A DNA stretch of 64,000 nucleotides from Trichosphaerium sp. ATCC 40318 (Eukaryota > Protista > Tubulinea). The notes under the pieces are model-generated. The model ran no database searches, was not told the origin of the DNA, and worked only from the letters and a program-made list of their open reading frames with translations. The position numbers and the translations under genes are program-made. The stretch is taken from the NCBI GenBank assembly GCA_038496445.1, contig JALMLS010000596.1, forward strand, positions 1 through 64,000, given 5' to 3'. Of this stretch, positions 23,323 to 34,834 are shown one piece after another (within the stretch, counting starts at the first letter, position 1; each line of letters opens with the position of its first letter).

Positions 23323-23349
23323 CCAGGGCGTTAATTCATGACGCCCTGG
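23323..23349. promoter_or_regulatory. inverted repeat in the RPL7A/LIM bidirectional promoter
   Basis: ccagggcgt-N9-acgccctgg within a 150-bp divergent intergenic region. Confidence 0.45.
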
Positions 23350-23383
23350 TTCACTAATAAACAAAACCTGTTCACTAGTTACA

Positions 23384-24161
23384 ATGCAAGGCTATGTACC
23401 TGGAACTTGCGGCGCTTGCGGAGCAAATATTGAGGGCGCTCACCTAAACGCGTTTGGCATGAAATGGTTAGCTCGCGCTTTCGTTAGCCTGTTTAATGTT
23501 TCCGTAGGTGTATTAACCATCTTGTGTGTAAAGTCTGCCAAAAAGACTTTTCTGACGGTACACGAGTGTGTGAAGGGCAAGACGGTTTCGCATACTGTCC
23601 AGATGATTGGTTGCGAGCGTTCTGTCCCGAATGCCCAACTTGCAAGAAACCTATCCAAGGTCCAGTTGTTAATGCACTAAATAAAACATGGCATCCGGAA
23701 TGCTTCAAATGTAATAAATGTAAAAAACAATTAACTGGTAACTTCTTCCCTTCTCCTGACGTACGTCTTCACAACTACGCCGGTTTTTCCGCTAACTCCC
23801 AATTTTAGGGTATGCCGCTTTGCGAGAAAGATTACTATGATGTTACAGGTCTACTGTGTGGAGGTTGTGGTAACCCTATCATCTCTGGTAAAGTTATCAC
23901 AATGAGAGGCGACGCAAACAACAGAGATGTTAAATTCCACGTTGAATGCTTCAAATGCTCTTACTGTAAGAAAAATCTCGCTGGACAGGTAATGTTTAAA
24001 CAGCACTCACCGATTACAAGCGTCAACTGACGATTTACGCATTTTTAAAAAAAACACGTTTCGGCATTTTGTGTAAGGTCTCTAACGGTTTTACATAGAA
24101 ATACAAGAAGCACAAAGGCAAACCTTACTGTCAACCATGCCATCTCGCTCTATTTGAGTAA
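23384..24161 (+). CDS. LIM-only protein (paxillin-like LIM repeats, three domains)
   Basis: CGAC...CKVC...YCPDD; CPTC...WHPECFKCNKC...LCEKD; CGGC...FHVECFKCSYC...YCQPCH. Confidence 0.92.
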
Positions 24162-24349
24162 CAAATACACAAAAAATGTTTATGTACTTAGTTAATAATA
24201 AAGAAAAAAAAATACGCAAAGTTTCTCTATTGTATTGTATTAAATGGGTATAGTACTTCTCTTTGATGCAATGTGCGCCTGGTTGACTTTTTTGATTTTT
24301 TGTCTGTTGAAAACTGGTGTAATTTGAGTTTTTTTATCTACCTGCCGTT

Positions 24350-25024
24350 ATGTCAAGCACGTTGTTGTTAAAGCGACAACTTGCGAACTTGAACAAGTTA
24401 TCTGATACCAAGGAAAAGCCTAAAAGCAAAAGTAAGAGTGGAGAGAAAAGGCGAAGAAAACGTAAACGAAAGGATGAAGAGAAGAAGGAATATGGTTCAA
24501 AAAGCATATTGCGTAAGTTTGTAAATCAATAATTGTAAAAAAGCTTTAATTATTCACTTCTACGCGTAGAACAGCTTAAAAAAGATGAAAAAACCCGTGC
24601 GAAGAGAATTAAAACGCAAAATAACATAGCGCTCGAAAACCAGAAAAGTAACCCTAGGCGCGACGCGATTGATGTAGTAAGTCTTAAAACAAGCATTTAA
24701 CCATTTTAAACAGTTTTTTTGAGCGTAGAATTACACTAACGCTTTAAAAAGGTCAAGAAGATGGATAAAACAGTATACAACCGCCGAAAAGCGGCTAAAA
24801 AACAATCTTCAAGAGAACGGAAAAAACAACAACAAGACGAGTTTGACTATGAAGCTTTCCTTACAGAGCGCCAAATCAAAGATATATACAAAAAAGGAGG
24901 TGATGTACGCAAAATGGAGATGCTTTATGACTTCCAAAAGAAACACGAAAGCAAACAAAGACGTGCCTTACACAATCAAGGCAAACAAAAAAATCTTACA
25001 AGAATGCAAGATTTCAAGTATTAA
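24350..25024 (+). CDS. small basic Lys/Arg-rich protein, possibly nucleolar
   Basis: Three exons with GT-AG introns, highly charged composition. Confidence 0.65.
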
Positions 25025-25192
25025 CACAAGCGTGTCCAATTGTAAAATAAAATTTTTATGGTCACGTGGTTGCACACGTGAACCAATACAAAAAAAAAAA
25101 AAGAGAAAAATTTTGTTTCATTCACAGTAGAGGCGGAGGTTTTGCTTTCTTGAGTAACACTATTTGAGACTTTATTTTTGTTTAACAACAGT

Positions 25193-26354
25193 CTATCTTG
25201 ATCTTTGTGGCTTGTACTTTTTAGCTTCTTCAATCTCACTAAAACACGTGTTAGATACATAACTTAATAAAATTATTAGTTGTTTACCGGCCCATCCACC
25301 ATAGAGTTCCTTGCGCGGCACCGTTACCGTCTCCTTCACCAGAACCGTATATTTTTTGAACCTTTCTCAAAGCAGCTTCAGCAGTTACCAAAGCGCGGTT
25401 AAGTGCAGTAGGGTCAGCACATAGAAGCGCTGCAAGTTGTTGCTGGAAAAGGATTAATTTCGCACCCTCTAATGAACTTGTTTTACCTTTGCTTGCATGG
25501 CCTTAACACCAGTACCTTTTGATAACTCTTCAAGACGTTTCTTTTCTTTCTCGATTTTGTTGATTTCTTGGTTCACAGCGTTAACTGCGTCCATAGCCTA
25601 AGTATCGCGAGTTATTTTACTAAGCTCGTAATAAAGTGGATTTTTAAAGTGTTATGTACCTTCATGACTTCAGGGTGGGCAACAGATCCTTGAGGGCGAG
25701 ATAGGAGTACTTTAATCGTAAAATCGGTTCCCATTTGTTTCTTGTAAGTGTAAAGAAGGTACTCAATGAGAGCCATGCGCTTGTTGAAGTCCATATCTAC
25801 AAAAAAAAAAATAAGAATCGAAAACGCTATCGGCAGTCACGTGATTGCAAACTAATTAACAACGTACCGACTTCGCGAAGAGATTCTCTAAGTTCTACCA
25901 CACGTTGAGTAATACCGAGCTGCTCAAGAAATCTACTAGTGTTAGAAAGGCAGTTGGTAGGCTTTAATCGCTACCTGTGAGCATTGAACCTAAAATAATA
26001 ACGGTAAGTCTTATACAAAATAGAATAGGTTCGTACTCATCTAAATCACTTCCTTGGTCCTCCTTCTCGTGGTCTAGCTCGATAAACTGCGCAAAACATA
26101 AGATAGACGTTTAAAAAAAGTTAATTTAAAACCATCAACGACGCTGGCAACAGCATTGGTGAGCGACGTGAAGTGGTTTTATGTTTGTAAACTGCGGTTT
26201 GGATTCTGTTGAAAGAAGGAGTCACCTTGTGGGTCCACTGCCATATTTTTTCTAGCTCATCTGATCCTCTAAGCTCTGGCCAATAGGCGTTGAGGAAAAA
26301 TTTAGCTTGGTCCTTGTAAACCTTTGCCGTTACTTCTTTGAAATTCTTTGCCAT
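25193..26354 (-). CDS. abpB: calcium-regulated actin-bundling protein (Dictyostelium ABP34-like)
   Basis: YKDQAKFFLNAYW, LDEFNAHRFLE (15-nt micro-exon 25975-25989), EF-hand-like DMDFNKRMALIEYLL, GTLWWMGREIEEAKKYKP. Confidence 0.8.
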
Positions 26355-26867
26355 TTAGATGTAGTGTTGCTTTGACGGTGTTGGTTTTGCTTAAAAGTGA
26401 AAAGAATCTACGCAGTCTTAAAAACAATGTGAAGTGTTTCACAATAACGCGAGACAATTGGCTACGCTTGTAACAACGCGTAGTGTTTGAAGCTGCTGAT
26501 ACACTGGTGTTTCACAACACAGTCCCATAAACCGTAAACACCTATTATAGCGTCTTTTACGCTACAACATGGTAGGAAGTGTTCAAGGGCGTCGTAAACT
26601 GACAAAAATGGAGCAAAACAGCTAAACTGTTGAACAACGATTCTTTGGCATTATTGGAGAATCATTGCTGTACTACAATCGCTCTGTTCTTTTGGATAAC
26701 ACGTGCGTGGCCGCGTAAAAGTTTCTGACTTATCAGTTGTCTGGAAATTCTAATACAGCACTAGTACGTGCATCGCTTTGCTGATGAAGTTCCACAATAC
26801 GCTAAACTCACCAGTTGACTTAAGACTTTGATGGAATTTGAGCTAAGCCATTGCAAACGCTTCATAA

Positions 26868-29800
26868 TGCTGTTCGGTGCGCCTCTGTTTCATTCACGAA
26901 GCATTGGCCAGTTTAGCGTATTTTTTGTTATCGTTTTATGCTATAACATAGCACGCGCACAGAATTTCGATCCTGACGACAATTTCTACGCGTCAGGAAA
27001 CTCTTATGTGCAATTAGAGGCATTTTGTTTTTTTAATCGTACATTTACTGCAGGGTGATAATATATGTACCGTTACGTGTGTTCTGACAATGACTAGCTT
27101 TTATGACGCTTATTCATTATCGATCGAGCTCCCCTGCAACTTCCAAAACTCTACATTGGGTGCTGTTACTGTTACTGGGTCAATAGCGTTCGTTATAGCT
27201 GATCCGAGAACAATTCTTGCTTTTTCATTTAAAGCAAACACGTCTCTGTCAAAGGTTGCTTCATTGAAGCTTACAGAGGTACGTACAACAAATATATTCT
27301 ATTATAGACCGTTTAATTATGTTTTAAAATGTCTGTTTCCATGTTTTTTGTAAACTGAGTGTATTAGACTGAAGGCACATTCAGAAATAGAATTGTAGCA
27401 AATGGATCATGGCTTGTTACAGATACAGCAAAGGGCATAAGGATTTATAACATCTCAGACTTGGAAGCTCCTCCAATTATCTATAAATACCAAATGGATT
27501 TTCCAAAGAGGGATCCACCTCTTATATGGCGCATTGCTTTTAATGAGTATACATATGGTGTTTCTGTAAGGCTTATTGTGTTTCCAGTATAAGTTTTCTG
27601 ACTTTTTTTGTATAGGGCTTCTGGACTGCTGGTTTAGTAAAATTTAATAATGCCTATAGACATGTTGGTAGAAACGTATCAAAGGAGATTTTATATAACT
27701 CTGATATTGGTCCCGGTTCTGTTGTTGGTGGTTTGGCTACTCTAGAAGATACTATACGTGTCTTTGTGCAACAAGATGATCTGTTTATATCAGGAATTAT
27801 TGGTGAAGGACCCGAGATTGCATCTTCTATAATAAGTACAGGACCTGGAACTTATGACTGGGCTCCATGTGGTGATGGTATTAACACATGTTTGTACATA
27901 TTAGCATATCGGTTGTATAAAGAGAGCCAATACCTCGGTTTGTACAAGGCACGTGCTTTCTCAACTCGTTTTTTTAGTTGTTTTTTTTTGTTGGTAGATA
28001 AAGTGTTTTGTGTTTTTTGTATGGCATGTTTCAGGGCAATGACCCTAATCATTGCTTGTTTAGGTAATGGGCGAAGAAGTAGTAAAAGTGTTACCTACTG
28101 TATATGACTTGAATGGAGTTACACGAAAAAAATACATTTTTGGTGGTGTTGATGGTATTCATTCTTATCTTGGTTATTCGCACACATACTTTCAGATTCC
28201 TGTACAGAAAGGTCATCAATATATAATAGATTATCTTGACTATTACAAGCAACCATGTAGACCTGGTACATATAAAAATTCAACAGCAATTGGACCTTGT
28301 CTTCTCTGTCCGTATGGAACGTACCAACCAAATGAAGGTAAGTTGTTTTCTCAACATATGTAAACGTTTTAATTGTTTTTCTTAGCATCAATAAGTTGTA
28401 TACCTTGTAATGATACTTCTCAGTGTAGAGGAGGAACAATAGAACCGTCAAAATTACCAGAGAGTATTATGGCATCGTTTTATCCGTTTGTGTTGACACA
28501 TGAAATTTCACCTCAACAGCTTTTTTTGGATATTGTGATGCATCCGGAACTTAGTGTATTTTTTATATTGGCCATGGTTCTTTGTGTGTCACTATTCTGT
28601 ATTGGTATAACATGCTACATATTTATAAAATGTGGCTATGGAAATTGCTGGGGTATCAAACTTATTCATGCAATTGACATGAACAAACAACTCATTCTTG
28701 AAACTCCGCCTAGATGGCAAGGAGATGTTTTGGGCGGATTAATTACACTTGCTATAATTGGACTATCTTTGCTTGCTATTAGCATAGAAACACACGTTTA
28801 TTATGTGCATGAATCAACACCATTTGTAATGAACCTTAAAGAGTCTGCTGATATTAATGCAAGGAGAACACGTCAACGTGTGAATACACAAGCTGGATTC
28901 ATGGATGCAATTACAGCAAAAAACTATGAAAGATTACACAAGTACACACAATTTTAGAGTCCTAAACATTTAATAATATTGTTTGTAGCTCGACTGTTGA
29001 TATATCAATCACGTGGTAAGTAAAAATTTTATTGATTTTTTTTGGATACGGAATCCATACTTTTCCGTTTTTTTTCTTTTTTTGTTTTCTTGCTTTGTAT
29101 TTACTGTGGGTTTTGTTGTAGGCATGACATGTTTTATTTTGTACCAAAAGATGCTATACTCAGTATATATATTACAGATGAACATGGTGTTGAGGAAATT
29201 ATAGACTTGGATAATCATACAAACACGTTAGAGATTTTTTTTTACTCCAAGAGTTCTTTTTTTTTACAGTTCATTTAGTGTGCATTTCAAAGGAAAACTT
29301 AGTTCTTCATATGATATTCTAATGAAAGGATGTGATGTTTCTTATAATGCTATATCAATAGTAATTTCGTCAGTTAACCTCACTCATCGTAAGAACAAAA
29401 CAAACAACTTTTTTTCTTACATATTTCACATTTTGTTAACTTCTTCAAGCGACTTCGGTATCAGTCCATATACCTTCGGAAGATTATTTTATGCCGTCCA
29501 TGAGTTACTCTTTGGATCTAGTTACTACTGTCGTTGTCAGGACTACACAGACCTATGCTAGTACTAACACAGAAGGTGAACTACAACTTAACAAGTTTTC
29601 ATAATGTCATTGAAATAGTGACATTGAATTAGGTTATTTGGGCTTTATAGCTAAGCCTGTTATTTATAAAGGTCTCAAGTTTAACAATGAATCAGAAATA
29701 TATATTGGAGATAATATACCAGAATACCAGGATCGATTTTCTCCATTGTATGCTTGCAAGAAATTCTGTTTTTCTCTGATTTGCTTTTTTTAACTCTTCT

Positions 29801-30098
29801 TTTTAGGCTACAACTTACTCTTGTTGATAACAGTGAGCTTTTTGATGAGAGAGATAGTCTATACTTTACGAGAACAGGTCTTTTATCAGCAATTCTTATA
29901 ATGTTGACTGTTTTCTTCAATGCTGGGATGGCAATTAATATGCTTCAAAAGAAAATTAAATCCATAAATTATAAGAGATGCTGTGTACGAAAATTTGAAT
30001 TACATTTTGGAGTGATGTTGGTAATATCTTATTTATTGTTGTAGAAAAAGGCGGAGTACATACGTTATAGTAGAGTGTCATATGATAATGATGGTTAA
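26868..30098 (+). CDS. multi-pass membrane protein with signal peptide and Cys-rich (ephrin-receptor-like GCC) repeat
   Basis: Signal-like FFVIVLCYNIARAQ; CRPGTYKNSTAIGPCLLCPYGTYQPNEG..SCIPC; hydrophobic segments at ~28550, ~28740, ~29880. Confidence 0.65.
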
Positions 30099-30299
30099 AA
30101 TCAAAATCAAAATTCACTTTTAGGCTAAGTTAAAACTTCTCTACTAAAGGAGAGATTAGGCTACATGCTTGAACTTCAAGGTCAGGTACATGTGATTATA
30201 TATAATAAACGAGAGCGTTTTATGATATAGTAGGATTAGGTTGTTATTTACACATTGTATGTACAATTAATTTTTTCTTTTTTTTTTCCAGTTTTGGCT

Positions 30300-30963
30300 T
30301 CATGCTGCAAGCAAAATTTCCTTACTGGCTTCGTTGCTCCATTGCTGTCGCCTACTATTCAGGTAATCTCTGCTCTCTTTGTTGAGTACAACAGGTGATT
30401 TAACTGTGTCAAGTTTTGATATCTTTTTCCTGAACTGCATTTTTAATCGCTCATCATTTGCTGTAACATCTTTCTTAACCCATCTCCTTCTACGCCTTGA
30501 AATACCCTTTTTCCTTTCAAGAACATCTACACGATATCTTAGAGATAGAACGTCATCTAAAATACAAGGTCAGTATTTCTGTATTGCATCGATATAACTT
30601 TTTTGATTTCGCTTTTGTTTTTCTGTGAAAAAAAGTTTGCCGAAGGGAAATCGACTTAGCGAAAAAAACCTCAACTAACCTTGAATATCATCTAGACCTG
30701 TTCTTATGTACTTCAAGTCTTTTAATATATCTCTTAGGCTATTTACCTTTGATCATACGTTAGTTTTCGGGATTTGTACTAAGTCTCTTTAAACGTACTG
30801 TAGCTTCGTCAATACGTTGTTTTTCACTTTTCTTTGCTCTTGCTCTTATATTAGAGTCATCCGAATGCCTTCTTTTATTGTTTTTTTTGAAAGGATTCTT
30901 CGGCAATGACAAGCTCTTTGATCTGCTTCTATTGTCCTTATTTTCTTTTACTTGTAATGACAT
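30300..30963 (-). CDS. hypothetical charged coiled-coil protein
   Basis: Three spliceable exons; a single-base shift ~30490 makes the 3' end uncertain. Confidence 0.45.
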
Positions 30964-32631
30964 TTGTTGTTGTTTGTTTGGTACTCGTTGTAGAATTATG
31001 ATTTTGATTTTGTACCAGGTCTTTGAACGTCAGACTTAATTCACGTAATATCGGCCCGAGGCCAGAATTTGCCGGCAAAAAAAAACATCCGAAATCCTTC
31101 AAATACAGGTATCGTTATACTTTACAGTATTACGCCATATAGCAAGTATATACAAGCTGGGATATTGGTTCATTTGAACCCGGGCTTCTTTCGTACAATT
31201 TCACGCATCATTTTATGAAGTTTACCCGTATAGAACTCCATTCGCTCGGTTTAGCCATTGAATTCATTATAAACGCGTTTCCGAGCCTGCAGCTCTGAAA
31301 TTTTGCTAACAATCACAAAACCCGCTAAATCACTAAAAATATGACCCAAATACAAGTTAAAACACCACAGAACATTGTGGGTAGCTATTTCTATTGCTAG
31401 TTTGCGTATTAAGTGAAAAGGAAAGCATGACGTCAAGTTTTTGAACTTGAAAGCACACAGAGACCTGGATTAACTCAGTAAGGTAAACTAAGACATAAGA
31501 GTGTTGCTATAATGCGCTGGTATCGCTATGCAGCCAAATATATAAATCACGTGATAGCGTCACAGAAGCGAAGCACAAACAGCAAAAATCTTAATGTCGG
31601 TGCAGTTAACTACAAATGCTTTATTAACAGCTAAGGTAAGCATGGTGATCTACTGAAAGTATCAGCTATAAACACAGAGTGTATCATATGTATAGCGCAA
31701 CGCTCTACAATAAAACTGCGATTTCGTGTTTAAACAAAAAGTGAACGTCAAATATAAGGAGTCTAGCTTACAGCTACGCCAAAAGGCGGTCAAGACCACT
31801 TCCCAACACAAATGAAAACGTGAGCAAGTAGTTTACTTGTAGCACTTTTTTCAAAAAAACTAAAAACAATCTCTTCGTTGTATTTGTTTACATGATGTTT
31901 ATTATTAAAAATACACTGGCTAGAGTAGTGCCGTCAGTCATGACGATATCACCGTTTTGGGATAATACAAATGTTCCAGGGATCAATTCCAAGCAAGCAC
32001 TATAGAAACCAGCGTGTTGACTCTGGCAATAGTCTGCAGTTGTACTCTTTATATGACATCAACGGTTTGATTGTCAATTTTTGTATTTACCGGAAACATA
32101 AGTATGCTATTCTCTATTTGACCTTTGGCGTTCCATTTAATGAATTCTCCGTCTCCCTCTTACCTTTGACATAGTTACATTGTTCCATCAATAAAGTATG
32201 TATTGTTCTACTAAATATATTTGTTTGGTGGGTCATCCAAATAACTTACACATGTACTGGTGTGAGATTTCAGTATTAATTCATTCAGTTTATTGATACA
32301 TATGGTTTAAGATATATACTAGCTTGTACACGGAGCTTGCTTAAGCCGACTAGTCTCGTGTACGAGTGTGGTCACCGGCTTTGAAACAGGCCCGCTCGGA
32401 CACTAGTCTCAGAGAGGCAATCAGGTCTAGTCGATAGGGGTTGATATTTGATGTCTCGCGAAGCCTCTTGACTTGCATCTTTTGTCAAGAATTCGATCTT
32501 TTCTTGTATATTTTATGTGCTTGCGTCATAAACTTTTGCAGGTTTTTGATTTCTTTAGTATATCCTAACGATATTGCTATTGGTTGATCATACACGTGTG
32601 GAGTATTGGTATGCTTTGTGACCAACTTAAT

Positions 32632-34270
32632 TCACGTTGTTGCTGTTGTACTGAACCCAAGAGAAGCTAAAGATAGTTTCAAACCCCTTCCAAGGTGTAA
32701 GTATAAATGTAACTGAGTGTTAAAGTGCCTTTGTTTTGTTTTTTTCCCTATAGACTTGAATTTTGTCCACTGCCATGAGTGATCCGGATAAAGCAAAGAA
32801 AGAACTCTAGGCATATTCCTAATCATTCCTCTACCACCCATATCTCTAATCTGAGCAACAGAAACACGGTACCTAAGCAACAAACATAAGAAAAGACGCT
32901 AGAAGATTTCTCTAGTGAATCGCGGATTCCGTCTAATATAGCATACAAAGGCTTGCCCGGGGCGTAACAATGGTGTGTGTGCATACGCCACAATAGAAAA
33001 AGTCTCAATTAGTTGCCTTTTTGGTTCTCAGAAAAACGTACCAAGCATTTGCATCACTAACATCTAGCTTCTTCTTTACCTTCTCAACAAATCGCTTACA
33101 AGACGCTAATTCGTTCCATTTATAGTACGTATTATCATTTATTGAAAAGTGGTCAGGGTATAGTGTCGCACGTGCCCAGGATACGTTACCACGATGCCTG
33201 ATGAAAGAAGTTAAACAATGTAAAAATGTGCATAACGTACGTTGTAATGACAGAGCTGCCTCCATTACTCTTTATTGCCTTAGCAGTTACTCCAAACCAT
33301 TCGCCAATAGTATGAATCCTTAGCTTCTCTGCTATAACACCAAAAGCCATACGTTGATTTTCAACGTTATCCCAACAACCGGCAGGCGCATTGCTATTAA
33401 AATAAAAATTACATTTAATACAATAAAAGCATGTCAACAAAGTGATTACTACTTCGCCAGTAATACTTCAATTATCACGTTTCTATTCGTCTACTCTTGT
33501 ACAAAAATATCTTTAGTTAATGTAGTGTCAACATTGTATTTTAGTACAAGAGCCGGATAAAGAGAAGGCGACAAATTTAATTGATTTGAAGTATACTTTC
33601 TTTTTTTTGACGTACATAAACTTCCAGTCCTCCCAAGTTTTGTTTGGGTACAACGCTCTCAAACATACAATAGTGCTATCAAGGTGCCTTTTAATAGATT
33701 AGCTAAATTATAATTGAAAAAAATAAACACGTGTGTACCTGTTCAGTATTGTGGCACCATCATACTTTTGGAAATGTTGTTGTTGTAGTTTGTACAAGTC
33801 TTCCAATGTTTTGAAAGAACATTTTTCTGCAATATAATCTACAAGAGCTCGTTGATTATCTAGGTCTTTCCAGAAGTGCATTGGCGCACATCTAAACGTC
33901 AAAAATGTAAGTTTTAGAGATAATTTGTAAATGTCGCTCCAGCGCTTGTTGTGAGGTACGCACTTGAACCGCCAAGCCTTCCATGCGTAAAATGGGTAGA
34001 CAGTGATTAACATTTGATGTATTGAGTATTTGTGGCTAAAAACAAGTCAGAGAGTGGCCCATTGTGCGTATGAGATGCTAACCTGTACAATAACCCTGAC
34101 CCACCTTCCAAACTGACTAATGTACTCTGTACTACGTCATACCAATCATCAAACGTCCTAATACCAAGCTTACGGCCCATTGCTTCAACTACACGCTTAG
34201 TGTTCTCTGGCTTGTTCCAGAACCTATACTTCCTCCTTCTTAACGCATTTTTGTTGATTGTAGACAACAT
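32632..34270 (-). CDS. protein with four ~70-aa Trp-rich helical repeats
   Basis: Repeat consensus FW...EN.R......A.KL.I....DWY.V.......GG...L......L..LYP...W..WKF; ends ..SIGKKTKQRHF. Confidence 0.8.
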
Positions 34271-34834
34271 AACGCTCCTCGTCGCTTCAATAAACCTAAT
34301 TTAGATAACAGATCACAAAAATGTCAATTTTCGTCTCTGGGTGATAAAAATCATAACTGAATTGCCGAAACGGCTGAAGCAATGCATGGCGGTTAGCCTT
34401 TATAGTATTCCAGGTACATTTACAACATACTTATAGAGCCTGACACATGATTTTTTTTGTTCCTTGTGATTTTGTACGGAGTACAACGCCTTGCTAAGCG
34501 CGTATCATCTCTTTACTAAGAAAACTACTAAACGGTAGAAAACACGCGTAAAAAAACCCGTTTGTGACAAAATTAAAATATTTTTTTTATTTTTTCGATT
34601 TTTTTTTTTTGTACGTTCTAGGTACAGTAGAAAAGGCCTATGTGTTTGTTTAGTTTTATATTATATTGACTCGTGCCACCACGGGATTTTTAAACTGTTT
34701 TTGCTGTGAATTTTTCCCTTATGAACAAAAACGGTTCAAACATACTCAAAATCAAAATAAAACCATTAAATGCGCTAGCAAATTAACGCCATACCTGCCA
34801 AACTCAACATACTTTAGCTGCGCAGCCCGAGTAC

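Noticed and set aside
31900-32200. Coding-like minus-strand fragment (GEFIKWNAKGQIE; ELIPGTFVLSQNGDIVMTDG)
   Set aside because: Broken by stops with no start or family assignment; too weak to annotate
32340-32445. Hammerhead ribozyme, TPP riboswitch or tRNA-Sec identity for the structured element
   Set aside because: CUGA, UGAGA and UUCAAA fragments are present but in the wrong order or context
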